A stretch of DNA of 48,095 bases from Sandaracinaceae bacterium (lineage in GTDB: Bacteria > Myxococcota_A > Polyangia > Polyangiales > Sandaracinaceae): the NCBI GenBank assembly GCA_044220955.1, contig JBGAQA010000049.1, forward strand, positions 1 through 48,095. Reading direction: 5' to 3'. Position 1 is the first letter of the stretch. Every line of letters begins with the position of its first letter. Below the pieces are notes generated by a model. It ran no database searches. It saw only the letters and a list, made by a program, of their open reading frames with translations, and was not told where the DNA came from. Shown piece by piece: positions 25,577-34,668 of this stretch. A program made the translations under genes and the position numbers.

Positions 25577-28186
25577 TCAGAAGAAGTTGCCGATGGTGAA
25601 CTGGAAGTCGACGCTCTGCTCCCAGGGCCTCCGGATGAAGGGGATGCCCCACTCGAAGCGCAGCGGGCCGAGCGGCGAGATCCAGCGTACGCCGAAGCCC
25701 CACGACGTGCGGATGTCGAACGGGTTGAACCGGCACGGGTCCGAGGACGGGTCCTGCACGGGCGCCTGCGGGATCTGGCACAGGTAGCTGTCGAGGTTCC
25801 AGGCGTTACCGCCGTCGGTGAAGAGCACGCCGCGGATCTGCACCTGCGGGATGATCGGGAACTCGAGCTCGAGGTTGTAATAGAACTGCGCGTTGCCGCC
25901 GACGGGGATGCCCGTGTCGCCGAGCGCCGCGTTCGGATCCGTCGACTGCGAGACGCCGAGGCGCGGGCCGAGGCCGTTGAGCGGGAAGCCGCGGACGCTG
26001 AAGATGCCGCCGAGGTAGAAGCGCTCGAAGATCGGCGGCCCGGGCACCTGGCGCGACGTGATGATGCCGGCCGTGGTGTTCATCTTGAGCACGACGCCGC
26101 TGAAGAGCTCCCAGTACCAGCGCACGAACGCGCTCGTCCGGACGAACGTGTTGGCGGACCCGAGCACCTCGTCGGCGATCTCGGTCGAGGCCTGGATGTA
26201 GAGGCCGTTCATCGGGAACAGGCGGTTGTCGCGCGAGTCCCACTGGAGCGTGAAGCGCAGCGAGCTCGTCAGGCCCTGGCGGTAGAGGTTGGCGAGCTGC
26301 AGCGTCGGCAGCTGGAAGAGGCCCGCGCCCGTGCCCGAGCCGAAGAACCCGCCGGTGCGGGCTCCGATCTCGACGTAGTCGCCGCGGTAGCTCGCGAAGA
26401 AGGTGAACCTCCGATCGAGCAGCCAGTGACCGAAGCTGAGCGAGCCTCCAGTCGAGTTCCGACTGAAGGCCTGGTACTGCCTGGTGGTTCTGAAGAGCTC
26501 CACCGCGGCACTCCAGTCGGTGCCGAAGAAGTAGGGCTCGACCAATTGCAGCTGGATGAGCTGCCTCAGGCCGGAGAGCTGCAATTGCAAGGACAGCGAC
26601 TGTCCGTTGCCGAAGAGGTTCTGCTGGTTGACCTGCGCCGTGAGGATGAAGCTCTCGATCGACGAGAAGCCGGCGCCCACCTGGAACGTTCCGGTCGCCC
26701 GCTCCGCGACCTCGAAGTTCACGATGATGGTGTCGTCGCGCGAGCCGTCGGACTCGCTCATGTTGACGCTCTCGAAGTAGCCGAGCGCCTGGACCGCGGC
26801 GCGCGACGTCTCGAGGCGCGACTGGCTGTAGAGGTCGCCCTCGGCGATCCGCAGCTCGCGGCGGATCACGCTGTCGCGCGTCTTGGTGTTGCCGCGGATG
26901 TTGATGCGCTCGATGGTCGTGAGCGGCCCCCGCTGGATGGCGACCGTGAGGTCGACGGCGCGCGTCTCGCCGTCGAGCTCCATCTGCGGCTGCACCTCGG
27001 CGTGGGCGTACCCCTGGTCGCGGTAGAAGCGCGTGATGGCCTGCAGCGCCTGGGCGAGCGCCGTGCGGTTGAACCAGTCGCCCGTCTGCGCGTGGATCAT
27101 CTCGCGCAAGGTGCGGCGGCCACCGAGCGGGTCGATCTCCTCGCCCGCCTCGTCGAGCTCCGTCACGCGGATGTGGCCGAGCCGGAAGCGGGGGCCCTCG
27201 GTGAGCGGGACCGTGATGTCGATGTAGCGGCGATCGGCCGTCAGCTCGATGCGCGGCGTCCCGACGTGGATCTGGAGGAACCCGCGATCGTAGTAGGTCG
27301 CGGCGAGGCGCGTCTGGTCCTCGTCGAAGTGGTCCTGCTGGAAGTTGTCGTTGTTGGTCAGGAACGAGAAGAAGCCCGTCTCGCCGGTCTGCATGACACC
27401 GCGCAGCTCGGCGTCCGACACGTGGTGGTTGCCCACGAAGCGCACACGGCGGACGGAGACCTCGAGGCCTTCCTCGATCCGGAAGTCGACGTCGACCTCG
27501 TTGTTGTCCGTGTTCGTGATCACCGGCTCGATGTGGGCCAGGAAGTAGCCCTTCTCCGCGTAGAGATCGCGCAGACGCGTCACCTGGGCGGCGATGTCCG
27601 GACGCGAGAGCACGGAGCCCTCGCGGAGCGTCATGACCTCGTCGATGTCGCTCGTCCCGACGTGGTCGTTGCCCGAGTAGTGGACGTGGCCGATGGCCGG
27701 CCGCTCGCGGACGCGGAAGACGAGGTCGATGCGGTGATCGGGGAGCGCCTCGCCCTCGACCACGATGTCGTCGAAGAAGCCGAGGTCCCAGAGCGCCTGG
27801 GCGTCGTGCGTGACGGCGACGTCGGTGCAGGTACGCCCCGCCCGCAGCCGGATGCCGGCGAGGACGTCCTCGTCGGCGACGCGGCGGTTGCCCAGGATGC
27901 GAATCCGCCGGATCCGCGCGGCCTCGCAGATCGTGTGGGGCACGTGCACGCCCACGGCGGGGTCGTCGACGCCCTCGTAGATCGTGCCGGACGCCTCGGA
28001 CGACTCGGCCTCCTGCTCCTCGAGCAGCGCCTCTTCTTCCTCGGCCTCCTCGGCCGCATCCGCGGCGGCCGCCGCGTCGGCCTCGGCCTCGGCTTGCTGC
28101 GCGATGGCCCGCTCGAGCGCGACGCCGCCGATGACGGCGGTCAACGACGCGAGCGCGAGCAGGGTGCTGAGCAGGGTTCGGCGCAT
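25577..28186 (-). CDS. bamA: outer membrane protein assembly factor BamA
   Basis: POTRA repeats, GNTKTRDSVIRRELR, NLFGNGQ, ERFYLGGIFSVRGF, WISPLGPLRF, terminal Phe. Confidence 0.97.
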   Translation of the reverse strand: MRRTLLSTLLALASLTAVIGGVALERAIAQQAEAEADAAAAADAAEEAEEEEALLEEQEAESSEASGTIYEGVDDPAVGVHVPHTICEAARIRRIRILGNRRVADEDVLAGIRLRAGRTCTDVAVTHDAQALWDLGFFDDIVVEGEALPDHRIDLVFRVRERPAIGHVHYSGNDHVGTSDIDEVMTLREGSVLSRPDIAAQVTRLRDLYAEKGYFLAHIEPVITNTDNNEVDVDFRIEEGLEVSVRRVRFVGNHHVSDAELRGVMQTGETGFFSFLTNNDNFQQDHFDEDQTRLAATYYDRGFLQIHVGTPRIELTADRRYIDITVPLTEGPRFRLGHIRVTELDEAGEEIDPLGGRRTLREMIHAQTGDWFNRTALAQALQAITRFYRDQGYAHAEVQPQMELDGETRAVDLTVAIQRGPLTTIERINIRGNTKTRDSVIRRELRIAEGDLYSQSRLETSRAAVQALGYFESVNMSESDGSRDDTIIVNFEVAERATGTFQVGAGFSSIESFILTAQVNQQNLFGNGQSLSLQLQLSGLRQLIQLQLVEPYFFGTDWSAAVELFRTTRQYQAFSRNSTGGSLSFGHWLLDRRFTFFASYRGDYVEIGARTGGFFGSGTGAGLFQLPTLQLANLYRQGLTSSLRFTLQWDSRDNRLFPMNGLYIQASTEIADEVLGSANTFVRTSAFVRWYWELFSGVVLKMNTTAGIITSRQVPGPPIFERFYLGGIFSVRGFPLNGLGPRLGVSQSTDPNAALGDTGIPVGGNAQFYYNLELEFPIIPQVQIRGVLFTDGGNAWNLDSYLCQIPQAPVQDPSSDPCRFNPFDIRTSWGFGVRWISPLGPLRFEWGIPFIRRPWEQSVDFQFTIGNFF

Positions 28187-28314
28187 CGCGCGGGAGTCGA
28201 AGCTGGCGGATTCCGCCGGAAAAACCCGCGCGTTCTAGCGGCGGGGATCCGGTGGGTCAAGGACGAGCGCGGAGGAGGTACGCGCCGGCAGGCGCTGGCC
28301 TTTCAGCGAGCCTC

Positions 28315-29688
28315 TCAGGGAAGGACGAACACCTGGGCGCTCCCGGCCGCCGCGCCGGCCGGCGTCTCGTCGGCGAGGGCTCCGAGCAGCGCCCGCGTCC
28401 CATCGCCCGCCAGCGCGACCGACACGCCGAGGGCGTCGCCTGGCGCCGCGTCCGGCGCGAGGAGCGTCTCGGTCTCCGTCCACGCCGTGCCGCGGAGCTC
28501 GAACACGCGCGCGCTGCCGGTGTCGACGCTCGCGACGCGATCGTCGTCGGGCGCACCGAGAAGTGCGCGGCCGCCGTCGGTCGAGAGCGCGACCGAGGCG
28601 CCGTTCCCGTCGCCCGGGGAGGCGCCCGAGGGGGAGAGCGTCGTCTCCGTCGACCAGCTCGTCCCGCTCCGCACGAACAGGTGGCCCGCGCCGGCGTTGC
28701 TGGCCTCGCGTGGCGCGCCCGCGAGCGCGCGGGCGCCGTCGTCCGAGAGCGCCACCGCGACGCCGAGCTGCCCGCCCGCCACGGTCCCGAGCAGCTGCGC
28801 CTGCTCGGCCCAGGTCGTCCCGGTGCGGAGGAACACGTAGGCCGCACCTCCGATGCCACCTCCCGGCGCGCCCGCGATCGCCACCGAGCCGTCGCCCGAG
28901 AGAGCGACCGAGGTGCCGAGCGCGTCGCCCGCGCCGCCGGACGTGGCGCGCAGCGTTCCTTCGCGCGTCCACGTCGTGCCCGATCGGACGTAGACGTGAG
29001 CGGTGCCGGCGTCGACGCCGACGACCGTGTCGTCGTGGAACGCGCCGACGATCGCGCGCATCCCGTCGCGCGAGATCCCGACGGAGGTCCCGAACCCGTC
29101 CCCCATCACGCCGTCGGGCGCGAGCAGCGTCGTCTGCTCGGTCCAGGTCGTGGCGCTGCGGACGAAGACGCGGACGCTCCCCGCGTCGGTCGCGGCGCTC
29201 GTGTCGTCGAGCGGTGCGCCGACCAGCGCGATGCTCCCGTCACCGGAGAGCGCGACCGAGTACCCGAGCCGGTCGTTCGCGGCGGCGTCGCTCGCCTCGA
29301 GCGCGGCCTCCTCGGTCCAGCTCGTGCCAGCGCGAACGAACACGCGTGCTCCTCCCGACGGGATCCCGCCGGTCGTCGCATCGGTGTAGGCGCCGACGAG
29401 CGCGCGCGTCCCGTCGGCGGAGAGCGCCACGGAGGTGCCGAGGTGATCGCCCGCCTGCGCGTCGCCGGCGGTGAGCACGGCCTCCCGGCTCGCGGGCGGC
29501 GTCCACGCGTCGGGCGGCGGCGGGCCGACGTCGACGGGGGGCCCCGTGTCGGCGGCCGCGCCCGTGTCCAGGAGCCCGAGATCGACGGAGGGCAGCCCCG
29601 TGTCGCGCGGCCGCGACGCGTCGATCCCACGTCCGCCGACCCCACATCCGCAAGCCAAGAGCACGAGGCAACACGACCACTTCCTCAT
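28315..29688 (-). CDS. FG-GAP/integrin-alpha-like beta-propeller lipoprotein
   Basis: Seven repeats of GxSVALSxDGxxALVGA; signal MRKWSCCLVLLACGC. Confidence 0.88.
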   Translation of the reverse strand: MRKWSCCLVLLACGCGVGGRGIDASRPRDTGLPSVDLGLLDTGAAADTGPPVDVGPPPPDAWTPPASREAVLTAGDAQAGDHLGTSVALSADGTRALVGAYTDATTGGIPSGGARVFVRAGTSWTEEAALEASDAAANDRLGYSVALSGDGSIALVGAPLDDTSAATDAGSVRVFVRSATTWTEQTTLLAPDGVMGDGFGTSVGISRDGMRAIVGAFHDDTVVGVDAGTAHVYVRSGTTWTREGTLRATSGGAGDALGTSVALSGDGSVAIAGAPGGGIGGAAYVFLRTGTTWAEQAQLLGTVAGGQLGVAVALSDDGARALAGAPREASNAGAGHLFVRSGTSWSTETTLSPSGASPGDGNGASVALSTDGGRALLGAPDDDRVASVDTGSARVFELRGTAWTETETLLAPDAAPGDALGVSVALAGDGTRALLGALADETPAGAAAGSAQVFVLP

Positions 29689-29797
29689 CGCAGCGAGGCA
29701 CAGCCTAGTACGGCTCGGGGCGATCCTCGACCTCGTTCGACCGTGGCCCGCGCCGCCCTTCCCTCGCACCGCGGATCGGCGCACGATCCGTCGTCGG

Positions 29798-29955
29798 ATG
29801 TCGTCGCGCTCGCTCGCGCCCTCGCTCGCGCTCTCGCTGGCTCTGCTGATGGCGTCCTCTGCGCCCGCCTCGGCCCAGGACACGCCGCGCGGCGCCGCCG
29901 ATCCCGGCTACGAGGCGCTGATCTCGTCTTCGAGACGTGGGTCTGCTCGCCCTGA
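29798..29955 (+). pseudogene. remnant of a secreted-protein gene (internal deletion)
   Basis: Clean signal peptide MSSRSLAPSLALSLALLMASSAPASA-QDT..GYEALI; in another frame DLVFETWVCSP-stop at 29955. Confidence 0.45.
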
Positions 29956-29964
29956 GGGGTCGGC

Positions 29965-31764
29965 TCACCTCCGGCGCTCCGCTCCCTCGCGCATCGCGTC
30001 CAGGACCGCGACCAGATCCGGCGCGAGCGGCGCCTCCAGCACGAGCTCGCGCTCGCCGACCTTCACGACCAGACACGCCAGGTGCAGGGACGTGCGGTCG
30101 AGCCCGTAGCGCTCGAACAGGTGGCGGTTGCTCGGCGCGTGGCCGTAGCGCGCGTCCCCGAGGACCGGGTGGCCGATCGAGCCGAGATGCCTGCGGATCT
30201 GGTGCGTGCGGCCCTCGGTCGGGCTCGCCTCGAGCAGCGCGTGCCCGGCGATCACCTCACGGCGCACGAAGCGCGTGGTCGCCTCGAGCAAGCGCCCGCG
30301 CTCGGGCAGTGGCGTGCCGACGCGGCCCTTCTTGTGCGGGATGCCGCGGACCAGCGCGACGTAGGTCTTCGTGGCCGAAGCGAGCGCCGCCGAGAGCGCC
30401 GCCACGGCGTCCGGTCGACGCGCGAAGAGGCAGAGCCCGCTCGTCCCGACGTCGAGCCGATGGATCGGCTGCGCCGCGCCCAGGAACGGCAGCGCGCGCA
30501 CCCGGTCCGTGAGGGAGGTCGGGTGCTCGGGGTGCGGCGTCGTGGGCTCGTGCGCCTCCTTGCGGACGACGACGAGGTCGCCCTCCTCGTGCAGGATCAC
30601 GGGCGGCGGCACCGGGCCCGGCGCGAAGATCGCGAGCGTCTCGACCTTGTCGGTCTGCGGCATCATGTCGAAGCCCTCGATCGAGGTCGGCACCAGGCCG
30701 ACGCGCGCGAGGTGGGCGAGGTCGCGCGCCAGCGTGCGCGGCTCGCAGCTCACGTAGGCCAGGCGCCTGGGCGCGAGCCGCACGATCGACTCGCGCAGCT
30801 CCGCCGAGAGCCCGCGTCGGGGAGGGTTTGCCACGACGAGATCGAACGTCTCGCCGGCGTCGACCGCGCGGCGCATGGCAGAGTCCGCGTCCGAGCGGTG
30901 CGCCTCGAAGCGGCGCGCGAGGCCTTGCTCCGCGGCCGCGCGATCGGCGCGCTCGATCGCGGGCGCGAAGAGCTCGACCGACACGACCGAGGCGCCCGCC
31001 CGCGCGAGCGTGAGCCCCGTCGTGGCCGAGCCGGCGAAGAGCTCGAGCACCCGCGGCGCCGTCCTCGCGGTGCGCGCCAGGGCCTCGATGCGCGAGACGA
31101 TCGCGCTCGCCGTGACGCGCGAGGCCTGCACGAACGAGCCGTGCGCGGCGTAGTGGAAGGGCCCGTTGGGATCGAGCCGGTCCTCGATCTCGGCCGGACC
31201 TCGGATCACCTCCAAGCGCCCCGCGAGCAGCTGCGGGCCTGGCTCGCCCGCGAGGACGGCGAGCGACGCCACGTCGGGGCACGCCGCGAGCAGCGCCGCG
31301 CTCGCGCGCTCGATCTCGTCCGGCGGCGGCTGGCCGTTCACGAGCAGCGTGGTCATCGCGCGCGCGTCGCCCTTGCCGCCCAGCGCCTCGCGCACGTCGA
31401 TCCCCGCGAGCCAGCCGCCGTCCTCCACCGAGACGACCTCGCCCTGCGCGAGCAGCGCGCGGACCGCCTGCGCGACGCGCGCGATCACGGGCCGCTGGAC
31501 CACGCAGCCGGGCAGATCGACGACCTCGTGGGTGCCGGCGCGGAAGAGCCCGAGCGCCCCATCCTTTCCCGTGACGAGCTTCGCGCGGGTGCGGTACCCC
31601 GCCTCGTCCTCGGGCGCGTGGATCGCGAGGGCTGGCGCGAGCGGAATGCCGTAGGGCGCCAGCGCCGAGGTGATCGCCTCACGCTTGTGGAGGAGCTGCT
31701 CGGCGCGCGGCAGGCCGATCGAGGGACAGCCAGGACAGGACTCGGCGTGGGGGCAGTGGATCAA
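29965..31764 (-). CDS. fusion of RlmD/TrmA-family m5U methyltransferase and RluA-family pseudouridine synthase
   Basis: CPHAESCPGC Fe-S motif, SFVQ, NPPR, YVSCEP.TLARD, DMMPQT; then HRLDVGTSG, GRTHQIRRH, HPVLGDARYG. Confidence 0.9.
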   Translation of the reverse strand: MIHCPHAESCPGCPSIGLPRAEQLLHKREAITSALAPYGIPLAPALAIHAPEDEAGYRTRAKLVTGKDGALGLFRAGTHEVVDLPGCVVQRPVIARVAQAVRALLAQGEVVSVEDGGWLAGIDVREALGGKGDARAMTTLLVNGQPPPDEIERASAALLAACPDVASLAVLAGEPGPQLLAGRLEVIRGPAEIEDRLDPNGPFHYAAHGSFVQASRVTASAIVSRIEALARTARTAPRVLELFAGSATTGLTLARAGASVVSVELFAPAIERADRAAAEQGLARRFEAHRSDADSAMRRAVDAGETFDLVVANPPRRGLSAELRESIVRLAPRRLAYVSCEPRTLARDLAHLARVGLVPTSIEGFDMMPQTDKVETLAIFAPGPVPPPVILHEEGDLVVVRKEAHEPTTPHPEHPTSLTDRVRALPFLGAAQPIHRLDVGTSGLCLFARRPDAVAALSAALASATKTYVALVRGIPHKKGRVGTPLPERGRLLEATTRFVRREVIAGHALLEASPTEGRTHQIRRHLGSIGHPVLGDARYGHAPSNRHLFERYGLDRTSLHLACLVVKVGERELVLEAPLAPDLVAVLDAMREGAERRR

Positions 31765-31795
31765 ACGGGCGGGAGGATAGCCGGTCGCTGTCGTG

Positions 31796-31825
31796 CTCGC
31801 TCTCGCTCTCGCTCTCGCTCTCGCT
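31796..31825. repeat. (CTCGCT)5 hexamer array
   Basis: Read directly in the divergent intergenic gap. Confidence 0.85.
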
Positions 31826-31865
31826 CACCGGGTGCCTGCCCGCGTGCGAGGACCGGCCGCGCACC

Positions 31866-32087
31866 ATGACGCTCGACGATCAGGAGCTCGCGCGCGTGAC
31901 CGAGGACACCGGCAGCGTGACGATGAGCGGGTGCGTCGCAGTGTGCGGCGACTTCGAGGTATCGCAGAACCACCCCGTCGCGGACGGGGCGCGGCCCGAC
32001 GCGGCGCCGGGAGTCGGATGGCCCGCGTCGCGATGCGCGCTGAGCGGGCACGAGCTCACTTGCTTCTGGCACCTGTGCGCGCTCTGA
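31866..32087 (+). CDS. small Cys-rich hypothetical protein (possibly a lipoprotein with an eroded start)
   Basis: 73 aa, 5 Cys; in-frame upstream reads SLSLSLTGCLPAC; followed by hairpin CTGACGCT-CGCC-AGCGTCAG (32091-32110). Confidence 0.5.
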   Translation: MTLDDQELARVTEDTGSVTMSGCVAVCGDFEVSQNHPVADGARPDAAPGVGWPASRCALSGHELTCFWHLCAL

Positions 32088-32276
32088 ATTCTGACGCTCG
32101 CCAGCGTCAGGCCTTGCCGAGGATCTTGGCCAGCTCGTACGCGGGCGTGACCTCGATCGGTCTCGAAGAAGGCGAGCGGCTCGGTGTGTTCATGGGCGGC
32201 GCGAGCAGAGCGAGCGCGCTCGGCCACGCCCGGCCCGTTCTTTCCGCCGTGCCGAGCGACGCGCTACGCTCGCCGG

Positions 32277-33458
32277 GTGACCGATCCCGAACTCGAGGCC
32301 CTCCTCGTCGATCTCGAGAGCGATCGCTCCGAGCGCAAGGAAGCCGCGACCGACATGGAGCGGATCCAGCAGGTGATCTGCGCGTTCGCGAACGACATCA
32401 GGGGAACCGGCCTCCCGGGCTACCTCTTCGTGGGCGCGCGCGACGATGGCTCTGCGGCCGGGCTCGCCGTCACCGACAAGCTGTTGCTCGACCTTTCGGG
32501 CATCCGCGATCAGGGCAACATCCTGCCACAGCCGCGCATGACGGTGACGAAGCGAACGCTGCGTGGCGGAGACATGGCGGTGGTCGAGGTCTTTCCTGCG
32601 CCGTTGCCGCCCGTGCGGTTCAAGGGCGTCGTGTGGATCCGGGTCGGACCCCGCCGCGCACGGGCGAACGAAGCCGAAGAACGGGCGCTCTCCGAACGAC
32701 GAGCCGCCGTCGCCGGGCGGACATGGGACGCGCGGCCGTGCGACGGCGCCACGACGGCGGACCTCGCGCTGGATCTGTTTGCGGGCTACCGCGCCTACGC
32801 CGTCGAGAAGGCCGTCGTCGATGAGAACCATCGCACGGTCGAGGAGCAGCTCGCCTCGCTCCGATTCCTCGACCGACGGACCGGCGTGTCGACGAACGCC
32901 GGCATCCTGCTCTTCGGGAAGGACCCGCGCTACTTCGTTCCGGGCGCCTACGTCCAGCTCGTCGCCTACGAAGGCACGACCGCAGCGTCGGACGTGGTTC
33001 GCGAACGCGTGATGGATGGCGATCTGGCCTCGGTATTGCGGCTGCTCGACGACGCGGCGAAGGAAACGGTCCGCGCGCGCCTGGAACAGATCTCGGTCAT
33101 GCGTGAGCAGACGGTGTACGACTACCCACCCGAGGCGGTCCGCGAAGCCTGGGTCAACGCAGTCATCCATCGCGACTACGAGTCGAACACCCCCACGACC
33201 ATCTCGATCTTCTCGGACCGGATCGAGGTCTTGAGTCCTGGCGGTCTCTACGGCGACCTGCCGCGTGAGGCGTTTCCCGGGATGACCGCATACCGGAACC
33301 CGGTCGTCGCCGAGGCGGCCAAGGTGCTGGGCTACGTGAACCGTTTCGGGCGCGGGGTTCCGCGAATCGTCGAGTCGATGAAGACCAACGGATCGCCCAG
33401 CCCGGTGCTCGCGCCTCACGTCGCGCACTTCCTGGTCACTCTCCCGAGGCGCCCGTGA
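32277..33458 (+). CDS. Schlafen/AlbA_2 domain + HATPase_c_4 (RecG C-terminal-like) protein
   Basis: ESDRSERK, ICAFAND, GYLFVGARDDG; REAWVNAVIHRDY, DRIEVLSPGGL, YRNPVVA, GRGVPRI. Confidence 0.88.
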   Translation: MTDPELEALLVDLESDRSERKEAATDMERIQQVICAFANDIRGTGLPGYLFVGARDDGSAAGLAVTDKLLLDLSGIRDQGNILPQPRMTVTKRTLRGGDMAVVEVFPAPLPPVRFKGVVWIRVGPRRARANEAEERALSERRAAVAGRTWDARPCDGATTADLALDLFAGYRAYAVEKAVVDENHRTVEEQLASLRFLDRRTGVSTNAGILLFGKDPRYFVPGAYVQLVAYEGTTAASDVVRERVMDGDLASVLRLLDDAAKETVRARLEQISVMREQTVYDYPPEAVREAWVNAVIHRDYESNTPTTISIFSDRIEVLSPGGLYGDLPREAFPGMTAYRNPVVAEAAKVLGYVNRFGRGVPRIVESMKTNGSPSPVLAPHVAHFLVTLPRRP

Positions 33459-34456
33459 AGACGATCGCCTTCTTCAACAACAAGGGCGGCGTGGGAAAGA
33501 CGACGCTCACCGTGCACGTCGCCTGGATGCTGCAGCACCTCGGCGCCCGCGTTCTGGTTGCCGACTTCGATCCGCAGGCGAACCTCAGCGCGGCTCTCCT
33601 CGATCAATCGCGGATCGAAGCTATCTGGGACACGACGCCCGCGACGACGATCGCGGGCGCGATCCAACCGCTGCTCGAACACCTCGGCGACCTGGGACCG
33701 GTGCACGTGGAACAGCTCGCGGATGGTCTCGGCCTCGTCCCAGGGGACTTGGCACTCGCGAGGTTCGAAGACCGACTGGCGGAGGCCTGGCCCAAGTGTC
33801 TCGACGACAACCCGGCGAGCGCGCACGACGCGTTCCGCGTCACCACCGCGCTGTACCGCGCGGCCGCGGATGGTGCGCGACAGATGGGGGCGGACGTCGT
33901 GTTGCTCGACGTGGGCCCGAGCCTCGGAGCACTGAACCGCTCTGCGCTCGTGGCCGCGGACTGGGTCGTCGTCCCGCTCGCTGCGGACTTGTTCTCGTTG
34001 CGCGGTCTCACCAACCTCGGACCCACCCTGCGTGACTGGAGTGGCGGATGGGCCGAACGACGTGTCCGACCACGCGTACCCTCGGGCCTCGCACTGCCTT
34101 CGGGAGAGATGCGGCCTCTCGGCTATGTGGTGTTGCAGCACGCGGCGAAGAAGGCGAGCGAGCCGGCGCGCGCGTACCTTCGCTGGATCGAGCGGTTTCC
34201 GAGGGCCTTCCACGAGATGGTGCTCGGCGACGCAGTGCCCGCCGGCGATGACCCTGCTCGGCTCGCGCTACTGCGCCACTACCGCAGTCTGCTTCCGATG
34301 TCGCTCGAGGCTCGCAAGCCAGTCTTCGATCTCACCGCCGCCGACGGAGCGATCGGAAGTCACGCCGCAACCGTTCGCGACGCCGAAGCAACTTTCGAAA
34401 GCCTGGCCCGTGCGATCGCCGAGCGTGCAGGGATAGCGTTGAGACCACGGAGCTGA
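33455..34456 (+). CDS. ParA/MinD-family ATPase (orphan, no parB)
   Basis: FFNNKGGVGKTT, DFDPQANLS, LLDVGPSLGALN; GTGA overlap with the AlbA_2 gene. Confidence 0.9.
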   Translation: MKTIAFFNNKGGVGKTTLTVHVAWMLQHLGARVLVADFDPQANLSAALLDQSRIEAIWDTTPATTIAGAIQPLLEHLGDLGPVHVEQLADGLGLVPGDLALARFEDRLAEAWPKCLDDNPASAHDAFRVTTALYRAAADGARQMGADVVLLDVGPSLGALNRSALVAADWVVVPLAADLFSLRGLTNLGPTLRDWSGGWAERRVRPRVPSGLALPSGEMRPLGYVVLQHAAKKASEPARAYLRWIERFPRAFHEMVLGDAVPAGDDPARLALLRHYRSLLPMSLEARKPVFDLTAADGAIGSHAATVRDAEATFESLARAIAERAGIALRPRS

Positions 34457-34462
34457 ATCGGA

Positions 34463-34561
34463 GGGGCGTAGGAAGGAGGGCGTACGCGCGACGACAACTA
34501 TCGATGCAGCAAGGCTTCGACCCTCGCGACAGTTGCGCGCGCCTCATCCTTCCTACGCCCC
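34463..34561. repeat. 99-bp REP/REPIN-like hairpin with perfect 15-bp terminal inverted repeats
   Basis: GGGGCGTAGGAAGGA (34463-34477) / TCCTTCCTACGCCCC (34547-34561); inner CAACTATCG / CGACAGTTG. Confidence 0.7.
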
Positions 34562-34668
34562 GGCGAACGAGTCGATCATGGATGGACGGTGCCAGGAGGG
34601 CGAGGGCGAGGTGACGCGTTCTTCGTGTCCAGCGCGCGGGTCCCCTCGTGTGCGATAAGCGGCGACGC

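Noticed and set aside
33455..34456. Chromosome or plasmid partition locus
   Set aside because: No parB, canonical parS or rep gene nearby
34463..34561. Integron attC site
   Set aside because: Ends lack RYYYAAC/GTTRRRY boxes; no integrase in the window
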